Part shown: one piece after another, positions 25,690 to 37,525 of the stretch
How positions within the stretch are numbered: the stretch's first letter is position 1
How the letters are laid out: every line of letters starts with the position of its first letter
Assembly (NCBI GenBank): GCA_052327205.1
Contig: CM126219.1
Location: 40,982,001-41,046,000, forward strand
Direction of reading: 5' to 3'
Length of the DNA stretch: 64,000 bases
DNA from: Somniosus microcephalus
Taxonomy: Eukaryota
Position numbers and translations under genes: made by a program
The notes under the pieces: model-generated
The model's database searches: none
What the model saw: only the letters and a program-made list of their open reading frames with translations
Told to the model about the DNA's origin: nothing

Positions 25690-26683
25690 GCTTACGCTTC
25701 AACCACAGGTGGTTAGCATATGGCTATGAATGTGTGGACGACATTCTTAAAACGCCATACATCATCTCTCCAATAAATTATGCTCTCCTATCACTCTCAG
25801 CATCATCAATACAAATGCAAGTTGCCCTGAGGCCTCAATGTGCAACTTCCATTTCCCAGAACACATAGGCCAGACCTTCAACTGTTTGCCATCACTTTTG
25901 TTTACTACATTTACAAAGGCATGACAATGCAAAATATTAAACAGAACCAAATACAACAGAACAAAACACCCAAGTGACTCCCCTTGTGACTATTTGTGCT
26001 TTATTTTCCTCTTACGCGTGCTTCTACGTGGTGCTTCCTCTGTAGCTTCAGCAGATGTAGTGGCACCTTGCTGACTTTGATGCTGCGCCTGCTTCGACGC
26101 CTTTGGCGGGCATCCTCTGGGTTTGGGAGCCTGGGAGGGCTCCTCCACAGTCTGGATGGCCCCAGAGGCACAGCGCCTGCATGCAGCTGAGCAGAGCTAG
26201 GAGAGTCCTGCGACCACCAACAAGGACTCTCCACTGCTGTCGCTGTCTCCACCAACTGCTGATGCTCACTTTGGAACTGTGATACACCAGGTCGAACACT
26301 ACTCTATGTCGTGAGGTCCCCACCAAGGTGTGCGTATCTGTGCTGGTGCTGAGTCCTGGTGACGCTGCTCCCTCAGAGGCTTCAGGTTCCTCTGAGGAGT
26401 CGTCTGGCTCTTCCTCCTGGACAGTGGGGAGGGGGGCGCTCGATGGTCCTGTGGGAGAGTAAAGGCATGAGTTAGGCATCTGATTTTGAGGTAGCAGACA
26501 CATCCTTTTGTGCAGTTGATACAAAGCGATTCTCTATGAACATCATATGCCATTGCAGTCAATCATTAAATCTAAATGAGAGGGATGAAACTCTATTCTG
26601 TCACCAGCTTCATTGAGTGCGCCCATCTCTCCGTCCCCCACTTCCAGATCCTTGCCACCTCCAATGATTTCATGTGCAGCCTC

Positions 26684-26960
26684 TGTGATGAAATATTCCA
26701 TTCATCACTGCCTGTGACTGTGGTCGGTTTCAGTGTCATTTCCCTTCCCCCAGTCCTCATTGTATTGTTTATTGGAATGTGCTGGAATGTGCTGTGTGTG
26801 TAGGGCTCCGCCCATACCTGGCCCCTTTTGTAAGCTAGCTCAGTCTGGCCTCAGTCTCCAGAAGGAAGATACCTCTCTCTCTTACGTGTTACTTTCTAAG
26901 TTAATAAAAGCCTTCTTTTGTTTCGCTAACATCGAGTCTCGGAATTATTGAGGCACATCA
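26684..26960 (+). repeat. 5' LTR of Gypsy 1
   Basis: TGTGATG...CACATCA, with AATAAA at 26903-26908. Confidence 0.97.
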
Positions 26961-26986
26961 ATTTTATTAACTTATTTTTCAACACT

Positions 26987-29900
26987 ATGGATCAACTCCT
27001 GAAACCCGAACGTTTGGATTTGGATCAACATGCTCCGGACGCATCAGCACGCTTCGGACACTGGTTTGAGTGTATGGAATTCTTCCTGGACAATTCCGCA
27101 GCCGTCAAAGACGCTACGGACGCTGCGAGGATGAGACTCGGAATTCTGCGGAATTGGGTAAGCCACCGGGTTTACCCCCTCATCCAAGACGCCGATACGT
27201 ACCTGGCCGCCTGCGACATCTTAAAGGTGCATTACCAGCATCCTACGAATGAGGTGTATGCTAGGCATCTGCTCGCTACTCGCGCACAGCGACCTGGGGA
27301 ATCGGTGGAGGAGTTCCTAAGCACCCTGAAAATGCTTGGCAAAGACTGCAAGTGCCGAGATGTAAAAGCCGCAGTGTACACTGACGAGCTTGTTCGCGAT
27401 GCCTTTATCACAGGCCTCAGCTCCACTTACATCCGGCAAAGACTGCTGGAAAAAACGGGGTTGGACCTGAAACAGGCTGCGGACACCGCGCGATCCCTGG
27501 ATGTGGCCCAGAGAAACTCGGACGCCTACTCTTCAGCCCGCGCCGTCCACGCCGCCACGTGTGCACCAAGGGCGCCGCCATCTTGGAAGGCATCTTCCCC
27601 GCCCGGCAGCCCGACACCGGCGGGGCCCCGCTCTCCCCCCAGAAACCCTACGACAGCCGCGACGCGTCAGGGACCCAACTGCTACTTCTGCGGGCAGCCA
27701 AAACACACCAGAAACCTGTGCCCGGCGAAAGGCACCACCTGCTTTAAGTGCGGTAAGAAGGGGCACTTCAGGAAGGTGTGCAGAGGGAACCCCGCCGGAA
27801 AACCAACCGCCGGAAAACCCGCCACCGCCGCGTGTGCGCCGTGGGAGCGGCCATCTTGGACGCCATCTTGCCCGACCTCGTGGGGTCCGCCATTTTATGA
27901 GCAGACAGTGTGGACGCCATCTTGTATCGATCAGAGCCCTACAGTGGCATCGGTCACAGTGGACCAGACCAGGCCGCACCCGCTATCCAAATCAATGGTG
28001 GACATCGAGGTAAACGGGTGCCGGGTTAAATGTTTAATTGACAGTGGAAGCACGGAGAGTTTTATCCACCCTGAACTGGCACAGCAACTCTCCCTAAAGG
28101 TGGTCCCTGCTCAGGGTACCGTCTCTATGGCTGATAAAACCCAGACATCAACCATTCTGGGTTACTGCACGGTACAATTGGGCGTTAACGGAACTGTATA
28201 CGATAATTTTAAAGTATTAATCATGAAGAACCTATGTGCGAGCGTGATCTTGGGCCTGGATTTCCAGTGCAACCACCAAAGCATCACGCTCAAGTACGGT
28301 GGGTCCCAGCCGCCCCTCACAGTGTGCGGTCTGGCTACCCTGAAGGTAAAGCCGCCTTCGCTATTCGCGAACCTTACCCCTAACTGCCGGCCAATAGCGA
28401 CCAAAAGCAGGAGGTACAGCTGGGAGGACAGGCGGTTTATCGTGACCGAGGTAGACAGGCTCCTGAAACAGCGCATTATTGAACGCAGCAACAGCCCGTG
28501 GCGCGCCCAAGTGGTAGTGGTAAGGGGTAGCGAGAAGAAACGGATGGTGATCGACTATAGTCAAACGATCAACAGGTACACCCAACTAGACGCCTACCCG
28601 CTACCCCGCATATCAGAAATGGTGAACCAAATCGCCCAATACCGGGTGTTCTCCACCATCGACCTCAAGTCAGCGTACCACCAGCTCCCTATCAGACCAG
28701 AGGACCGCCCGTACACCGCCTTCGAGGCGAACGGACGCCTCTACCAATTCCTCAGAGTCCCCTTTGGGGTGACGAATGGGGTCTCGGTCTTTCAGAGGGA
28801 GATGGACCGCATGGTCGATGACCACCACTTGCAGGCAACCTTCCCCTACCTCGACAACGTCACCATCTGCGGCCACAATCAGCAGGATCACGACTCGAAC
28901 CTTGAGAGGTTCCTGGAAACCGCACAAAAACTCAACCTCACCTACAACGAGGACAAGTGCGTTTTCAACACCACGCGCCTCTGCATACTAGGCAGCGTGG
29001 TGGAGAATGGGGAAATCGGACCAGACCCCGACCGATTGCGCCCCCTACGGGAGCTCCCCCTGCCCAACACTCCCAAAGCCCTGAAAAGGTGCCTGGGGTT
29101 ATTTTCTTATTATTCCCAATGGGTCCCCAACTACTCCGACAAAGCCCGCCCACTCTTGAAAGCATCCTCTTTTCCGCTCTCTGCTGAGGCCCACGCCGCC
29201 TTCAAAAGCATTAAGCAGGATATTGAGCGGGCCACGCTACAGGCAGTGGACGAGAACACTCCATTTCAAGTGGAAAGTGATGCGTCTGACTTCGCCTTGG
29301 CGGCCACCCTCAACCAGGCGGGGCGGCCCGTAGCTTTCTTCTCGAGGACCCTCCAAGGGCCCGAGATCAGACACTCCTCCGTGGAAAAGGAGGCCCAAGC
29401 CATCGTGGAGGCAGTGCACCACTGGCACCACTACCTAGCTGGCAAACGCTTCACCCTACTTACCGACCAGCGGTCGGTAGCGTTTATGTTCAATAATAAA
29501 CAGAGGGGGAAGATTAAAAATGATAAGATTCTTAGGTGGCGGATCGAGCTCTCCACCTTCGAGTACGACATCATTTACCGGCCAGGGGCCCTTAACGAAT
29601 CCCCTGATGCCCTCTCACGAGGGATGTGTGCCAGCGCCACCGGGGATCGGCTACAGACCCTCCACAACGACCTCTGCCACCCAGGGGTCACGCGGCTGTT
29701 CCACTTCATAAAGTCCCGTAACTTACCCTACTCGATTGAGGAAGTTCGGTCTCTGACCAGGAACTGCCGCACTTGCGCTGAGTGCAAGCCTTGGTTCTAC
29801 CGCCCAGATAGAGCCCACTTAATCAAAGCTACACGGCCCTTTGAGCGGCTCAGCTTAGATTTCAAGGGCCCCCTCCCGTCCGTCGACCGCAATGTTTACT

Positions 29901-30760
29901 TCCTGAACATTGTGGACGAATACTCCCGGTTCCCATTCGCCTTCCCCTGCCCAGACATGACCAGCGCCACGGTCATTAAATGCCTCAACAGCCTGTTCTG
30001 CCTGTTCGGTATGCCGAGCTACATCCATACGGATAGGGGGGCGTCCTTCATGAGTGAAGAGCTACGCCAGTACATGCTGTCCAAGGGGATCGCCACGAGC
30101 CGTACCACCAGCTACAACCCCCGGGGTAACGGCCAAGTGGAGCGAGAGAACGGGACAGTATGGAAAGCAGTCACTCTAGCTCTAAGGACCAAGGGCCTCC
30201 CTATCTCCCGCTGGCAGGAAGTCCTCTCGGATGTGCTCCATTCGATATGGTCGCTATTGTGTATGGCCACTAATGCCACGCCTCATGAACGAATGTTTGT
30301 CTTTCCCCGGAAATCCACCTCAGGCGTATCCATGCCGTCATGGCTCTCCACCCCAGGTCCGGTACTCGTGCGAAGGCATATGAGGGGCCACAAGACGGAC
30401 CCTCTCGTGGAGCCAGTACACCTACTCCACGCCAACCCCCAATACGCATATGTCCGGCACGCCGACGGAAGGGAGGACACCGTGTCCATAAAAGACGTCG
30501 CCCCAGCCGGCATCGACAACAACCACGGCAATAGCGGCAACAACGATCACAGCAACTCTTACCCACCCACTACTCTTTCATCACCCCCGGAAGAACATCG
30601 ACCAACGGCACCCCCACCAACTACCCCTTCAACAACCCTGGCGGCACCCCCGGCAGAGACCCAGGAGACTACCGGGGACACCCAGCCGACACCCGCGGCA
30701 CCACAACAGCCACGTCGGTCGCAGAGGACTATCAAACCCCCGAACAGACTAAATCTATAG
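26987..30760 (+). CDS. Gag-Pol polyprotein (Gag, two CCHC knuckles, protease, RT, RNase H, integrase)
   Basis: CYFCGQPKHTRNLC / CFKCGKKGHFRKVC, LIDSGS, IDLKSAYHQ, YLDN, ESDAS, LHNDLCHPG..CRTC, LDFKGP, HTDRG, GNGQVER. The first ATG after the LTR is at 26987. Confidence 0.95.
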   Translation: MDQLLKPERLDLDQHAPDASARFGHWFECMEFFLDNSAAVKDATDAARMRLGILRNWVSHRVYPLIQDADTYLAACDILKVHYQHPTNEVYARHLLATRAQRPGESVEEFLSTLKMLGKDCKCRDVKAAVYTDELVRDAFITGLSSTYIRQRLLEKTGLDLKQAADTARSLDVAQRNSDAYSSARAVHAATCAPRAPPSWKASSPPGSPTPAGPRSPPRNPTTAATRQGPNCYFCGQPKHTRNLCPAKGTTCFKCGKKGHFRKVCRGNPAGKPTAGKPATAACAPWERPSWTPSCPTSWGPPFYEQTVWTPSCIDQSPTVASVTVDQTRPHPLSKSMVDIEVNGCRVKCLIDSGSTESFIHPELAQQLSLKVVPAQGTVSMADKTQTSTILGYCTVQLGVNGTVYDNFKVLIMKNLCASVILGLDFQCNHQSITLKYGGSQPPLTVCGLATLKVKPPSLFANLTPNCRPIATKSRRYSWEDRRFIVTEVDRLLKQRIIERSNSPWRAQVVVVRGSEKKRMVIDYSQTINRYTQLDAYPLPRISEMVNQIAQYRVFSTIDLKSAYHQLPIRPEDRPYTAFEANGRLYQFLRVPFGVTNGVSVFQREMDRMVDDHHLQATFPYLDNVTICGHNQQDHDSNLERFLETAQKLNLTYNEDKCVFNTTRLCILGSVVENGEIGPDPDRLRPLRELPLPNTPKALKRCLGLFSYYSQWVPNYSDKARPLLKASSFPLSAEAHAAFKSIKQDIERATLQAVDENTPFQVESDASDFALAATLNQAGRPVAFFSRTLQGPEIRHSSVEKEAQAIVEAVHHWHHYLAGKRFTLLTDQRSVAFMFNNKQRGKIKNDKILRWRIELSTFEYDIIYRPGALNESPDALSRGMCASATGDRLQTLHNDLCHPGVTRLFHFIKSRNLPYSIEEVRSLTRNCRTCAECKPWFYRPDRAHLIKATRPFERLSLDFKGPLPSVDRNVYFLNIVDEYSRFPFAFPCPDMTSATVIKCLNSLFCLFGMPSYIHTDRGASFMSEELRQYMLSKGIATSRTTSYNPRGNGQVERENGTVWKAVTLALRTKGLPISRWQEVLSDVLHSIWSLLCMATNATPHERMFVFPRKSTSGVSMPSWLSTPGPVLVRRHMRGHKTDPLVEPVHLLHANPQYAYVRHADGREDTVSIKDVAPAGIDNNHGNSGNNDHSNSYPPTTLSSPPEEHRPTAPPPTTPSTTLAAPPAETQETTGDTQPTPAAPQQPRRSQRTIKPPNRLNL

Positions 30761-30770
30761 AAGGGGTGAA

Positions 30771-31047
30771 TGTGATGAAATATTCCATTCATCACTGCCT
30801 GTGACTGTGGTCGGTTTCAGTGTCATTTCCCTTCCCCCAGTCCTCATTGTATTGTTTATTGGAATGTGCTGGAATGTGCTGTGTGTGTAGGGCTCCGCCC
30901 ATACCTGGCCCCTTTTGTAAGCTAGCTCAGTCTGGCCTCAGTCTCCAGAAGGAAGATACCTCTCTCTCTTACGTGTTACTTTCTAAGTTAATAAAAGCCT
31001 TCTTTTGTTTCGCTAACATCGAGTCTCGGAATTATTGAGGCACATCA
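30771..31047 (+). repeat. 3' LTR of Gypsy 1
   Basis: Direct repeat of 26684-26960. Confidence 0.97.
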
Positions 31048-32589
31048 GCCTCCTCAGCACTTGTCAATGTTGCAAGGGTTCGTGTGCCTCCTCCTGTCAG
31101 TGCTCTCTCCCTCTTATTGTGGGTTATCTTTTCCTGCAAGGAGGGACACAAGTGGAGTTTCAGCGAGAGTGATGGAGTGAGTGTGAAGAATCCATAACAG
31201 AAGCATAGAGGGAGACCAAGATGGAGTGAGGTGCCAAGAGGAATCTAGCTCCCTGTGCATTGTTAGTTGTTGTCAATGCATAACAGTGAGAACGAGTGTG
31301 AAGGCTGGTAAGGTCATTCAGTACAGAGAGAGAGAGGGATAGGTAAGGGTTCAAGAGAAGGAAGGGTAAGGTGGGATGTGGAGGAGCAGGCTTACAAAGC
31401 AGAGTGCTGGTGACGAGAAAAGAAGGGAAGCAGTTTGAAGGTAAGTGTGATGTGATACTCACTTTTGATGATCGCAGCAGATCATTAAAGTGTTTCCTGC
31501 ACTGGATCCATATGGGTAAACAAACAGGCCTTGCACAGACCTCCTCAGCAATGTGCAGCCAGGCTGCCTTTGTTTGCTGAGGAGGCTTCTTCCAGCCATC
31601 GGGAGGGAACAGAATCTCCCTGCGCCCTCTAACTCCCTCCACAAGAGCTTGACGGGAGTCCTCAGTGAAGCATGGTGCAGCCTTAGGTTTCGAAGCAATC
31701 ATTGTGGCCTTGCCAATTCCAAACACCAGCAGAATCAAGAAATGAACGGCTGAAGCTGCATGGGGCCCTTAAAAACATCCGCACTAATGACGTCATCAGA
31801 GGCGACTAACAGACCCGATCCCAGTCATTGGACCGGCCAGTGAGCACCATTCAACTTAAGGGGCCAATTAAACTAAAATCACAACTGTGGATCGGATGCA
31901 GCCGGCAGCGGGTCCGGAACCCGTCCACCAGGCAGCCCGACTCCAAGCCGCCTCCACCATTAAAATTGTGGCCCTGGTTTTGGTGGTTCAAATCCATGCA
32001 ATTAAAATAGCTTGTGGCTTTTCTTCCGAACTGGAGGACAAAATGGAGATTAAATACTATACAAAGGATCAGGAAAGAAAAATACTGCTGCAGAAATGAA
32101 ATGTGTTAATTGTACCGCTGAACAAAAGGCTTTATGAAATATTAGGTACAATAACGACAGGATACTATTGAGACAAATGGTTGGAAGAATAACTGCCTCA
32201 CAAATGTTTATCCTGCTGGTTACTGGGAGAGCAGGAAGTCTTGGAGAACTTGCACTGGGATACCAATGGGCAAGGCACAGATTTCCCAGCACTACTGCAT
32301 TAATCAATGCATCACGAATGTACTTAAACTGGAATAAAGGAAACTAAATAGCATCTGGATATAAATCACAAGAGGCCTGCAGGTTACAAGGCTGTCATCA
32401 GCTGCAGACTAGGAGTTCTGGGGAAAGCAGCTGCTCACTTCTGTTAGTAAACAGTCCGATATTATGCTCCAATCCAAAAAATCTGCACAGGATGGCAATG
32501 GCAAATCTTCACATATTAGTTCACTTGCCTTTAGAATTCTCTCTCGGGCACAGTAGTTGCCCAGAATATAAGATTGTTCTGGGTATAGT

Positions 32590-32850
32590 AAAGTTAGCCC
32601 GGAATAAATTGCAAAAGTAAAAACTAGAGGACATGGGTTCAAATTAGTAAAAGGTCAGTTTAGGATCGTTATCAGAAAATTCTGTTTAATGTGTGAAATG
32701 AACTTCCAGATACAGTAATGGAAGCAAAAAACAGTAGAATCATTCAACAAATAATTGGATGCGACAATGGGAGGAGGGCATTAGGACCTCTCTGAATGGA
32801 TGGGCCAAGTGGTCCTTCTCATCTGTAATTACTTTGCGATCATGTGATCT
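32590..32850 (+). mobile_element. Old CR1 3' remnant
   Basis: AAAACTAGAGGACATGGGTTCAAATT...TTTAGGA...GGATGGGCCAAGTGGTCCTTCTCATCTG. Confidence 0.5.
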
Positions 32851-33561
32851 TGAACTTATATACAGTTGTTTAAATGTAGTTAACTAAGATTGTCAGAGGA
32901 CTTTGCTTGTGACAATCACCAGGATACCTGAGATATCTGTTCTTATTCAGCTGGTTGTGGTTGAACCCCACTGTAGCATTGCAAACATTCACAATTCACT
33001 TGCACGTTCCGCAATTGGCAGAAGCCTTTTTAAATGCATGCGAGAAAAATTAAAACATGTAGCAAACTACATTTTGCTTTCCTATGAGATGAGCGTATGA
33101 GTGTTTGCAGCACAGATGTTGTTACACTGCCTAATATACAAAAAAAACTAGCTACAGAGCAGCTTTTGCAATCTGACTGTATATAGGAGAATTTATTTGA
33201 TAAAGTTGATCCCCCCCACACCTTTCAGAAGTTTTTTTGCATGACTGCTCACTTATCATCACCTACTGTTAGCTGTTGGATGGAACGTTATTCCTTCTGA
33301 ATGAGGAATACGATCACGATTTTTTTCTTGTTTTCAAAATTTATTCTGGGATTATTGTGTAGAAAATCTCAGTGGTGCTTTTGCCGCATTTATAGACTAG
33401 CTCCAGAAAGTATATGAAGAAAAAACGTAATGACAAGATATGGAACGGGGCTCGAGGGGTAAATGCTGAGCCCCTGACTCTCCAAGATTAATACTGACTC
33501 AGGGCTAATTTATTATAAAATTTTATTTGGACAATACATTATCTACAGTTTTTTAAAATGT

Positions 33562-36165
33562 ATTCATTCATGGGATGTGGGTGTCGCTGGCAAGGCCAGC
33601 ATTTATTGCCCATCCATAATTGCCCTTGAGAAGGTGGTGGTGAGCCACCTTCTTGAACCGCTGCAGTCCGTCTGGTTAGGTAGGGAGTTTCAGGATTTTG
33701 ACCCAGCGACAATGAAGGAAGTCAGGATGGTGTGTGACTTGGAGGGGAACTTGGAGGTGCTGGTGTTCCCATGCACCTGCTGTCCTTGTCCTTCTAGGGT
33801 ACTTAAGGAAGTGGCCCTAGAAATAGTAGATGCATTGCTGGTCATCTTCCAAAATTCTATAGACTCTGGAACAGTTCCCATGGATTGGAGGGTAGCTAAT
33901 GTAACCCCACTATTTAAAAAAGGTGGTAGAGAGAAAATGGGGAATAGACCGGTAAGCCTGACATTGGTAGTGGGGAAAATGCTAGAGTCCATTATAAAAG
34001 ATGTAATAGCAGAGCACTTGGAAAACAGTGACAGGATCGGACAAAGTCAACATGGATTTACAAAAGGTAAATCATGCTTGACTAATCTACTGGAATTTTT
34101 TTGAGGATGTAACTGGTAAAATAGATAAGGGAGAACCAGTGGATGTGGTGTATTTGGACTTTCAGAAGGCTTTCGATAAGGTCCCGCATAAGAGATTAGC
34201 GTGCAAAGTTAAAGCACATGGGATTGGAGGTAAGGTACTGACTTGGATAGAGAACTGGTTGGCAGACAGCAAGCAAAGAGTTGGAATAAACGTGTCTTTT
34301 TCCGAATGGCAGGCAGTGACTAGTGGGGTACCGCAGGGATCGGTGCTAGGACCCTAGCTATTCACAATATATATTAATGATCTAGACGAGGGAACTAGAT
34401 GTAATATCTCCAAGTTTGCAGATGACACAAAGCTGGGTGGGTGTGTGTGCTGTGAGGAGGATGCAGAGAAACTCCAGTATGATTTGGACAGGTTGGGTGA
34501 TTGGGCAGATGCAGTATAATGTGGATAAATGCCAGGTTATCCACTTTGGTGGCAAAAACAGGAAGACAGATTATTATCTGAACGCCAATAGATTGGGAAA
34601 AGGGGAAGTGCAACGAGACCTGGGTGTCCTTGTGCACCAGTCGCTGAAAGTATGCATGCAGGTTAAGAAGGCAAATGGTATGTTGGCCTTCATAGTGAGA
34701 GGATTCGAGTACAGGAGCAAGGATGTCTTGCTGCAGTTGTACAGTTGGCCTTGGTGAGACCGCACCTTGAGTATTGTGTGCAGTTTTGGTCACCTTATCT
34801 GAGGAGGGATGTTCTTGCCATGGAGGGAGTGCAGCAAAGATTTACCAGACTGATACCTGGGCTGGCAGGAATGACGTATGAAGGGAAATTGGGTCGATTA
34901 GGCTTATATTCGCTAGAGTTTAGAAGAATGAGAGGGGATCTCATTGAAACTTATAAAATTCTAACAGGACTAGACAGACTAGATGCAGGAAGGATGTTCC
35001 CAATGGCGGGTGAGTCCAGAACCAGAGGTCACAGTCTAAGGATAAGGGGTAAGCCATTTAGGACTGAGATGAGGAGGAATTTCTTCACCCAGAGAGTGGT
35101 GAACATGTGGAATTCTCTACCACAGAAGGCAGTTGAGGCCAATTCATTAAATATATTCAAGAAGGAGTTAGATATATTTCTTAAGGCTAAAGGGATCAAG
35201 GAATATGGGGAGAAAGCAGGGACAGGGTACTGAATTTGGATGATCAGCCATGATCTCATTAAATAGCGGAACAGGCTCGAGGGGCCGAATGGCCTACTCC
35301 TGCTCCTATCATCTATGTTTCTATGTTAGATGTTGCGGTTTTGGGGGGGGCTGTCAAGGAAGCTTTGGCGTGTTACTGCAGTGCATCTTGTAGATGGTAC
35401 ACACTGCAGCCACGGTGCGCTGGTGGTGGAGGGAGTGAATCTTTAAGGTGGTGGATGGGGTGCCGATCAAGTGGGTTGCTTTATCCTGATGGTGTTGAGT
35501 GTTCTCAAGCATCTTGAGTGTTGTTGGAGCTGCACTCATCCAAGCAAGTGGTGAGTATTCCATCACACTCCTGACTTGTGCCTTGTAGGTGGTGGAAAGG
35601 CTTTGAGGAGTCAGGAGGTGAGTCAATCACCACAGGATACCCAACCTCTGACCTGCTCTTGTAGCCACAGTGTTTATGTAGCTAGTCCAGTTAAGTTTCT
35701 GGTCACCCCAGAATGTTGATGGTGGGGGATTCGAAGATGGTCATGCCATTGAATGTCAAGGGGAGGTGGTTAGGCTCTCTCTTGTTGGAGATGGTCATTG
35801 CCTGGCACTTGTGTAGTACAAATGTTACTTGCCACTTATCAGCCCAAGCCTGGATGTTGTCCAGGTCTTGCTGCATACAGGCACGGACTGCTTCATTATC
35901 TGAGGAATTACGAATGGAACCGGACACTGTGCAATCATCAGCAAACATCCCCACTTCTGACTTTATGATGGAGGGAAGGTCATTGATGAAGCAGCTGAAG
36001 ATGGTTGGGCCTAGGACACTGCCGTGAGGAACTCCTGCAGCGATGTCCTGGGGCTGAGATGATTGGCCTCCAACACCACAGCCATCTTCCTTTGTGCTAG
36101 GTATGACTCCAGCCAGTGGAAAGTTTGCACCAGATTCCCATTGACTTCAATTTTACTAGAGCTCC
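33562..36165 (-). mobile_element. Family B LINE, interrupted by a CR1
   Basis: Tail at 33562-33796. MEYSPLAW and MFADDCT fragments at 35330-36165. Confidence 0.85.
33797..35326 (+). mobile_element. 5'-truncated CR1 LINE
   Basis: QHGFTKGKSCLTNL, LDFQKAFDKVPH, GVPQGSVLGP, LVRPHLEYCVQFW and the 3' tail. Confidence 0.92.
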
Positions 36166-36590
36166 CAGTCCAGTTTTCCAGTCAATGTTAATATTGGGGA
36201 AACGGGGACACAGTGTCCAGCATTTATATGCCAACCTTTATTACTTTTAACACCATAGCACTACGAAAGCTAAATATGGAAGGAGTTCACAATTGTGCTG
36301 ATATACAGGAGAGCCTATGATATCCAAAAACTGCAAATTGAAACCAGAGCTAGGTGCACATTGACATCTTCACAGAGGAACCTCTAGTTTAGATTGGTTG
36401 GTGAGTATCACAGCTCTTTTTTTCTCTCTAAGTTAGGGAAGGGAGTTAAATTAAGAGCTGAGAAACTGTAACTTGCTAGTACTTATTAAATTAATAACTT
36501 AAACTAAATAAAATAATCAAACAATAAACCGAAAATATCGATTGAGTAAAATCTTTAACTAATTAATTAATAAATAAAACAAGGTTAGAG

Positions 36591-37525
36591 ATGTCAGGGC
36601 GGGTGGTGTGTCATAACTGCAGCTTGTAGGAGTCTGTGGAGAGCATCGCGATCCCGAGCAACCACATCTGCAGTAAGTGTCTGCAACTCGAGGAACTTCG
36701 GCTCAGAATTGTTGAGCTGGAGTACGAGCTGCAGACATTGCGATGCATCAGGGAGGGGGAGAGTTACCTGGACACTTTGTTCCATGAGGCAGTCACACCC
36801 TTTAGGTTAAGTAGTGCTTTAGAGTTCATCAGGGACAGGAGGGTGTGACTGCGAGTCAGGAAGGTATGGTGACCCAGGATGTAGTGATGGAGGAGCCTCA
36901 GCCCTGGTCCTTGTCCAACAGGTACGAGGTACTTTCTACTGTATGGATGAGGAAAAGGACTGCAGGGAGGATGGGCAAAATGACCACGGCACCATGGTAC
37001 AGGGGCCATCCAAGTGGGGGGAGAAGGAAGGAATGTGGTAGTAGTAGGGGACAGTATAGTCAGGGGGATAGATACTGTTCTCTGCAGCCGTGAAAGAGAG
37101 TCCCGAAGGCTATGTTGTCAGGGCTAAGGATATCTCCTCGCGGCTGGAGAAGAACTTGGAGTGGGAGGGGGAGGATTCAGTTGCTGTGGTCCATGTAGGA
37201 ACCAACGACATAGGTAGAACTAAGAATGAGGTTCTGCTGAGGGAATTTGAGGAGCTAGGGTCTAAATTAATAAGTAGAACCACAAGGGTAATAATCACTG
37301 GATTACTACCTGAGCCACGCGCAAATTGGCATAGGGTCAAGCAGATCAGAGAGCTAAATGCATGGCTCAAAGAGTGGTGTAGGAAAAAGGGGTTTTAATT
37401 CATGGGGCACTGGCACCAGTACTGGGGAAAGAGGGAGCTATTCCATCGGGACGGGCTCCACTTAAACCGGGTTGGACTAGTGTCCTGGCGAATCGAATAA
37501 CTAGGGCTGTAGATAGGGCTTTAAA
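36591..37525 (+). pseudogene. CR1 ORF1 (Cys zinc finger, coiled coil, SGNH esterase), disrupted
   Basis: HICSKCLQLEELRLRIVELE, GDSIVRG codons at ~37047, VVHVGTNDIG, DGLHLN codons at ~37450. Confidence 0.85.

Larger units (their letters stand above)
26684..31047 (+). mobile_element. Intact Ty3/Gypsy LTR retrotransposon 1 (Mag-like)
   Basis: Two 277-bp LTRs that look identical, 5-bp TSD GCCTC, PPT AGAAGGGGTGAA (30759-30770), a single open ORF. Confidence 0.97.
25960..31702 (-). pseudogene. Spliced Myb/SANT-like (MSANTD-type) gene of Harbinger 1; exon 2 is split by Gypsy 1
   Basis: Exon 1 reads KAAPCFTEDSRQALVEGV..ILF..AWLHIAEEV..WIQCRKHFNDL, with a GT donor at ~31462. Exon 2 EKITHNKRERALTGGG..SAEEA|AHEIIG reads across the Gypsy insertion. 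Exon 3 acceptor at ~26450. Confidence 0.8.
23648..31974 (+). mobile_element. Degraded autonomous-type PIF/Harbinger transposon 1, carrying nested Gypsy and Penelope insertions
   Basis: TIRs GGGCCGCAATTTT / AAAATTGTGGCCC, with convergent transposase (+) and Myb/SANT (-) genes. Confidence 0.9.

Noticed and set aside
26948-26986. ORF-track start of the 1270-aa ORF
   Set aside because: It begins at a TTG inside the LTR. The ATG at 26987 matches the position of the Gypsy 2 start.
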